This document shows positions 59,048 to 64,000 of a stretch of DNA of 64,000 bases, piece by piece. The position numbers and the translations under genes are program-made. Position 1 is the stretch's first letter; each line of letters starts with the position of its first letter. The DNA comes from an uncultured Gammaproteobacteria bacterium (GTDB lineage: Bacteria > Patescibacteriota > Microgenomatia > Levybacterales > UBA12049). The notes below the pieces were generated by a model, which made no database searches, was not told the DNA's origin, and was given only the letters and a program-made list of their open reading frames with translations. The stretch covers positions 702,230 to 766,229 of the forward strand of contig CAZNAA010000001.1 in assembly GCA_964571255.1 (NCBI GenBank), given 5' to 3'.

Positions 59048-59692
59048 TTACTTCAAAAGAGTATCTAATTCTTGCTTCATGGCATCATACGTATAGGAGC
59101 CACGATATTGTTTGCCATTAATAAAAAAGGTAGGAGTACCTGTTACTCCTACGTCAGTCCCGTCTTTCATGTCTCGCTCCACTTTGTTTCGAACCTCTTC
59201 ACTAGAAAGTGCCGATTTAAATTTCGCTTCATCTAGCTTTAGCTCTTTAGCTAAAGAAAGAAATACAGCATCTACGCTCTCTAAACCTTCCCACTCAGCT
59301 TGTTTCTGAAATAACAGGTGAGACATTTCCCAGAATTTTCCCTGTGCTCCTGCAGCTTCTGCAACACGTGAGGCTGGAATAGCATGCTTATGCATCCCTA
59401 AAGGAAAATTTCTAAACACAACTTTTATCTTCTCTTTGTAGTCTTTTTGAATCTGTTCAACTACAGAGCTAACTCCTCTACACCCCGGACATTGAAAGTC
59501 TCCAAATTCAACAAGCACTACTTTTGCGTCTTTTGGTCCGGTGAAATGGCTATCAGATCTGACTAGTTTTGATGTATCAACAAGTGTTCCATCAAGAGAA
59601 GCTGAAGGGTTTCCAAAAAGAAACGCAGCTCCAACTGCCATAAGGATTGCAAGTAAACTTATCCCACCTAATATTTTAGCTTCATTTGACAT
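59048..59692 (-). CDS. DsbA/BdbD-type thiol-disulfide oxidoreductase
   Basis: EFGDFQCPGC, RNFPL, GTPTFFING. Confidence 0.9.
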   Translation of the reverse strand: MSNEAKILGGISLLAILMAVGAAFLFGNPSASLDGTLVDTSKLVRSDSHFTGPKDAKVVLVEFGDFQCPGCRGVSSVVEQIQKDYKEKIKVVFRNFPLGMHKHAIPASRVAEAAGAQGKFWEMSHLLFQKQAEWEGLESVDAVFLSLAKELKLDEAKFKSALSSEEVRNKVERDMKDGTDVGVTGTPTFFINGKQYRGSYTYDAMKQELDTLLK

Positions 59693-60101
59693 AAGATTTT
59701 TTATACCAATACATGAGAGCCGTAATCATAACAAAAGATACCAAAGAAAGAAAGGGAATAGTAATAAATCCAAGCCACTCAATAAATTTTGTCGTACAAG
59801 AAATTCCTTGAATACATGGTTGAATACTTTCTGGAATGAGATGGTAATAAAGTAGATTGTGATAAATCCCGATAAGTAGTCCAACAATACTTAAAGGTAA
59901 TACGTACTGATATACTTTCGTGTCTTTAACTAAAATACCTATTCCTAAAATCGGAACAAGTGGGTACATAGCAATTCTTTGATACCAACATAAAACACAG
60001 GGAGTCCACTTCATGACTTCACTAAAGAAAAGACTTCCAAGAGTTGAGGTTAGGGCGATAAGAAAGGCTGCGTAGAGGAAATATTCTTTTTGAAGTTTCA
60101 T
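59682..60101 (-). CDS. DsbB/BdbC disulfide bond formation protein
   Basis: GSLFFSE, PCVLCWYQRI.MYPL, FITIPFLS. Confidence 0.9.
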   Translation of the reverse strand: MKLQKEYFLYAAFLIALTSTLGSLFFSEVMKWTPCVLCWYQRIAMYPLVPILGIGILVKDTKVYQYVLPLSIVGLLIGIYHNLLYYHLIPESIQPCIQGISCTTKFIEWLGFITIPFLSLVSFVMITALMYWYKKSYVK

Positions 60102-60118
60102 ACAACTTCCCTATTATA

Positions 60119-60673
60119 TCATCCTTTTTTCTTTGGAAGAGGAGTAAAAATAAGTGTTGTGATAAACGTTCCTATAGAAAGAAGGAGCCAAAATGGAATG
60201 ACAGTTCTTACAACTTGCGCTTTTCTTTCTTCATACACTTTAAGAGATCTTCCCATTACTACGTATCCTGCAGGATTATTTGTTTTGTAGATCAAAACTG
60301 CTTGTCGTAGTTTTTTCTCCGGTTCCCAGGTGAGAGAATAGGGAGTATTGCCTGAAACATGATCAAATACGCCAGGTGGGAACACTACGGGTTTTCCATT
60401 ATGCGTTGTCGTACTACTTACGAGCTTTTTATTTTGATTGAAAGTCATAATGTAGACTTGAGGATAGGAGGCAAGATCTGTCATTTTCCCATTCACGACT
60501 AAACTTCCTTGTGTCTTGACAATATTTACCATTGCTTCACCAGAAACGTATAAAACATCTGTTGCACTTTGTCTTATTTGCTGATGGAGGAGGAGAAGAA
60601 CAAGAAAACAAGTTCCGCTAAGGCAAACAAAAAGAGGGAGAAAAGTACGAAGAGACAAGAGGAGTCGCAGCAT
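60119..60673 (-). CDS. Two-TM hypothetical protein (Cache-like sensor loop possible)
   Basis: TM - PPGVFD..TWEP..RQAV..GYVVMGRSL - TM. Confidence 0.6.
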   Translation of the reverse strand: MLRLLLSLRTFLPLFVCLSGTCFLVLLLLHQQIRQSATDVLYVSGEAMVNIVKTQGSLVVNGKMTDLASYPQVYIMTFNQNKKLVSSTTTHNGKPVVFPPGVFDHVSGNTPYSLTWEPEKKLRQAVLIYKTNNPAGYVVMGRSLKVYEERKAQVVRTVIPFWLLLSIGTFITTLIFTPLPKKKG

Positions 60674-60685
60674 ACGGAAAGTATA

Positions 60686-61102
60686 TCACACCTCTTTTAC
60701 CATCTCAGGTGAGAAGGGGTTATAGGCAACTTCCCAAATATATCCATCTAAATCCTTAAAATATCCCGAATATCCTCCCCACTCTCTTTTAACAGGAGAA
60801 GCTGTAATAATCGCTTCTGTTTTTTCTAATTCTTTAAAAAATGTATCTACTTCATCAATGGAGGAAAGATTATGAGCTAGAGTAAATCCTGGAAACAAAA
60901 CAGTCTCTGCACAGTCAATAGAAACGTGGGCTTCTTCAGCTAGTTTTTCTTTTGGGTAGAGTGACAAATGAATGTTTTTCAAAGGGAAAAATACTACGTC
61001 TCCTTCAATTCCTTTACTTGAAAATCCAAGAGATTTGTAAAACTCATAGGATTTTTCTAAGTTATTCACTCCAAGAGTGATTAAGCTAATATATGGTTTC
61101 AT
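60686..61102 (-). CDS. VOC/glyoxalase family protein
   Basis: ITLGV..LEKS..FY, WGGYSGYFKDLDG..WEVAYNP. Confidence 0.9.
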   Translation of the reverse strand: MKPYISLITLGVNNLEKSYEFYKSLGFSSKGIEGDVVFFPLKNIHLSLYPKEKLAEEAHVSIDCAETVLFPGFTLAHNLSSIDEVDTFFKELEKTEAIITASPVKREWGGYSGYFKDLDGYIWEVAYNPFSPEMVKEV

Positions 61103-61695
61103 TTTTTTGTTTGGTAAAGAGAAAGATATAATTCATCATACAAACTTGCAGCAATATGTAAACCCATTTCCAGTGTTGTATAAGTGATTTCACTTTCTCT
61201 TCCGTGAATAAGTAAGTTTCGAAGCCATCTCATTGTCTCGAGTTGTTTAACTCCTTCTTTGGTTAATAAATCATTTTCAAAAAGCATATCTGTTAAAACT
61301 TTTGGGTTCACATTGGAAGGAATGTCTTGTTTTAAGTTTTCTGTCGCATAGATTCGGAGCAACCGTTCAACTTCATAAGAATATTCCAGAAAACTTGATT
61401 TATCAACACTCCCTCTTTCTAATCTCGTTTGCTCTTCTCCTTTTGTAAGTCTTGTTTTTTTGCTTTCCTTTTTCTTTTTTATTGCTTTTTTCCCTTCAAG
61501 TTGCTTTAGTTCTTTCTCAATTTTTTTTCCTTTTAATCCCCAGAAATTAAATTCTTTGAGTTCTGAAAAAAGTGATAATAAAAGAAGCATAATGGAGAGA
61601 AGAACAACTTCAGAAGATAACTGTGCTCCAAACACATGAAAAAGCGTGGTGAAAAGAATAATGATTAGAATAAGCCAGGTAAGAAGTTTTATCAT
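61099..61695 (-). CDS. Two-TM protein with C-terminal HEPN-like helical domain
   Basis: N-terminal TMs; LRNLLIHG (R-x4-H). Confidence 0.55.
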   Translation of the reverse strand: MIKLLTWLILIIILFTTLFHVFGAQLSSEVVLLSIMLLLLSLFSELKEFNFWGLKGKKIEKELKQLEGKKAIKKKKESKKTRLTKGEEQTRLERGSVDKSSFLEYSYEVERLLRIYATENLKQDIPSNVNPKVLTDMLFENDLLTKEGVKQLETMRWLRNLLIHGRESEITYTTLEMGLHIAASLYDELYLSLYQTKK

Positions 61696-61744
61696 CTTGC
61701 TAAAGATTATACTATAGGGGCAGCGAATTGATAAGTACTACCTT

Positions 61745-62677
61745 TTACACATTTTCAACCAGAATAAAAATCACATAGAGACAAAGCAAGAAAAATCCTT
61801 CTTTCCGAGAGATATCATGCTTGGAGGTTGAGAAAAAGTAAAATAATCCTAGACCAAAAGCAATAAGACAAAAGGTTATAAGAAAATTATCAACAGTTGT
61901 TACCGCTCCGTTGTGAAGAAGAGAGAATAACCCAAAGAATAAAGTATTCACAGCAGCAGAGCCAATGTAATCCCCAAAAGCTACATCTTTTGTTCCCGAG
62001 ATCACTGACTTTATCGCTAAGGACAGCTCGGGAAGGTTTGTTCCTAACGAGAGAATAACTAAACTAATGTAAAAAGGCGAGATGTGAAAGAAACTGGAAA
62101 AGTATAACGTATTATCTACAATAATTCTTGAAGCAACAAATACAATTCCTACTCCTAAAAGGACCTTTAGGATATCTTTAAAAGAATAATATTTCACTTC
62201 AAGGACACGATTATTTTCTGTATCAAATATTCCATGTTCTTTCTGAATGAAGAAAAAAAGGATGAAGTAGAGCATGATTAAAACTACGGCCTCAAGATTT
62301 GTTACTTGTCTATCGATCACAAAAAAGATAGGAGAAAGCATCACGAGAAAAGAAAGGATTAAGTTTTTATTACTTAACTCGTGATGCAGCTTTATTCCTT
62401 TCCCCAAAATAGCCATGAGAGGAATAATAAAAAAGAAAATAAAAACAACTCCTCCAATCAGATTCCCAACAAATATTTCAGGATTATTTTCCGAAAGAGC
62501 TGTTAATCCCAAGCCAAACTCAGGAGTTGAAGTAAGAAGGCCAAGGATAAAAAAAGAAAAAGCAAAAGAGGAGAGGTGAAGTCTTTTCGAAAAAGAGACA
62601 GCAGAGGAGACAATAAGCCCTGCCCCATACCAGATAGCAATAAATGCTCCAAGAGATATCAGTAAATTAAACCACAT
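61745..62677 (-). CDS. Na+/Ca2+ antiporter (CaCA, YrbG-like)
   Basis: Alpha repeats TSTPE..GNLIG and GTNLPE..GDYIGS. Confidence 0.9.
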   Translation of the reverse strand: MWFNLLISLGAFIAIWYGAGLIVSSAVSFSKRLHLSSFAFSFFILGLLTSTPEFGLGLTALSENNPEIFVGNLIGGVVFIFFFIIPLMAILGKGIKLHHELSNKNLILSFLVMLSPIFFVIDRQVTNLEAVVLIMLYFILFFFIQKEHGIFDTENNRVLEVKYYSFKDILKVLLGVGIVFVASRIIVDNTLYFSSFFHISPFYISLVILSLGTNLPELSLAIKSVISGTKDVAFGDYIGSAAVNTLFFGLFSLLHNGAVTTVDNFLITFCLIAFGLGLFYFFSTSKHDISRKEGFFLLCLYVIFILVENV

Positions 62678-62699
62678 CTTCTATCTAGTATATCAATAT

Positions 62700-63290
62700 T
62701 TATTTCACTTTTTGGAATGTCACAATCCAGTCTGTTAGAGTATTTCTGTCAACAAGAATACAGTTATTCCACTCTGCAAGTTTTTTGGCTTCTCTTGTAA
62801 AGAAATTGTTTGTCACTACCATAGACAGAGTACAATTATATGCTGTCATTGCAGTAAAAGCTTGTCTGATCGCATCAGCGTTTACTGTGTTGCTATATCT
62901 TTTAATCTGTATACTATATCTCTCTTTTCCTTTTCTTCCTACAGCGTCTGTTCCAAAATCTCCTGTTTTTCCTGTGTGTTCTATCTCATATCCTTGTGAT
63001 CTTAATAGTGCTACTACATAATGCTCAAACTCTACTCCACTCATATGATCTACATCCGAAAGTGCTATTGCTCGTAATCTTTTTTTCTCTTGTTGAATAA
63101 TGATGTAGATAAGAACTGCGCCAGAGAGGAGAACCATTCCTCCTAAAAAGAAAAGATATAGCTGAATCCTATCAAGGTTAAAAGGAACTACTCGGGAGAA
63201 AAGAAAGCCAATGCCTAATAAAAGTGCGATAAAAACAAATAAAGTGGAGTCAAAAAAAGTTGGTGGTTTTTTTCTATAATAACGAGCCAT
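62700..63290 (-). CDS. Membrane-anchored Mrr-family restriction endonuclease
   Basis: MSGVEFE, GDFGTD, IQIKRY, VTNNFFT..A, LVDR. Confidence 0.88.
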   Translation of the reverse strand: MARYYRKKPPTFFDSTLFVFIALLLGIGFLFSRVVPFNLDRIQLYLFFLGGMVLLSGAVLIYIIIQQEKKRLRAIALSDVDHMSGVEFEHYVVALLRSQGYEIEHTGKTGDFGTDAVGRKGKERYSIQIKRYSNTVNADAIRQAFTAMTAYNCTLSMVVTNNFFTREAKKLAEWNNCILVDRNTLTDWIVTFQKVK

Positions 63291-63739
63291 TTATTATTAC
63301 TTATTATAACCTATTTCCAAATTCTTCTTTATTATTTTTTGCCCTTTCAATAACTTCTGGAGCAGACCACGTATTTAACCTTGCTCTATCATTAAAAGAA
63401 ACTGCTCTCATCGTCGAAAAAGACCATCACTCAAGTTTTAAACAAATACCAGAACTGTGGGATTTATATGGAGATCACGGAATAATTTATCAACAATTTG
63501 AGTTATGGGATAGTATTGTGTTGTATACGTACGACGAATTAAAAGAGAATGCTATAAAGGAAGGTTTTTTAGTAACTAGTTTAGAAAAACTTTTGTTACT
63601 CTGTAATGTTCGAGGTGTATATGATACAAGATACTTAGAAGATGCGAAGTTAGTTGCAAAAGCGTTAACTACTCAAAATTATGATGGTTTTGACGACAAT
63701 ACAATAAATACGTACTGGAAATTACTTCTTCATAAATAG
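63260..63739 (+). pseudogene. Possible 5'-truncated gene remnant
   Basis: Open frame with a protein-like C-terminal half but no credible start; 5' end overlaps the mrr start and promoter. Confidence 0.3.
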
Positions 63740-63771
63740 TTTTCCTTTCTTCCCATGCTAGAATAAACCAT

Positions 63772-64000
63772 ATGATTTTTCTTCCACCTACCTTTTGGGA
63801 AATAAAAGACAGTGTCAAAAAAGGGAAAGGAATCTTTGCAACAAAAGATATTTTACCCGGCGTTCTGATTGGTGATTACTTAGGAAAAGTCTTAAGAACT
63901 GCAACTGAGGCAAACTTTGAGAACGATAGGAATTTATACCTCATGTACTATAGTGACCAAGCCTGTTTATATCCTGAAAATCCATCTCTTCCAGGAGTTC
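63772..64000 (+). CDS. SET-domain protein, 3'-partial
   Basis: Hand translation MIFLPPTFWEIKDSVKKGKGIFATKDILPGVLIGDYLG matches the SET N-terminal motif. Confidence 0.8.
   Translation, partial: MIFLPPTFWEIKDSVKKGKGIFATKDILPGVLIGDYLGKVLRTATEANFENDRNLYLMYYSDQACLYPENPSLPGV

Overview
AT-rich (roughly 35-38% GC by eye) bacterial chromosome segment, most consistent with a Patescibacteria/CPR organism of Microgenomates type. That assignment is inferred from the absence of rpmD/L30 from the spc operon, many GT-C membrane glycosyltransferases, PilN/PilO genes, a sortase-type anchor and frequent SD-less or leaderless starts. The window holds a fusA...tuf-S10-spc-alpha-rplM-rpsI supercluster (11.5-33.3 kb, minus strand), a pilus and surface-glycosylation region (33.4-50.4 kb), stress and repair genes (msrA, photolyase, sodA, dsbA/dsbB) and a few defence-like genes. 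The standout is a ~1.1 kb cassette present twice as a direct repeat (50410-51541 and 52885-53961) on either side of sodA and a ferric-reductase-like gene. Its non-coding parts are nearly identical between copies: a sigma70 promoter, a hairpin plus rrn-type boxA, two nested long-range helices, several hairpins and a ~97-nt terminal stem, with compensatory base changes. The two small proteins it carries have diverged almost beyond recognition. This looks like a conserved structured-RNA scaffold carrying hypervariable cargo genes, and I do not recognise it as a described family. I found no tRNA, rRNA, CRISPR array or transposase. All calls come from reading the sequence; no database searches were run.
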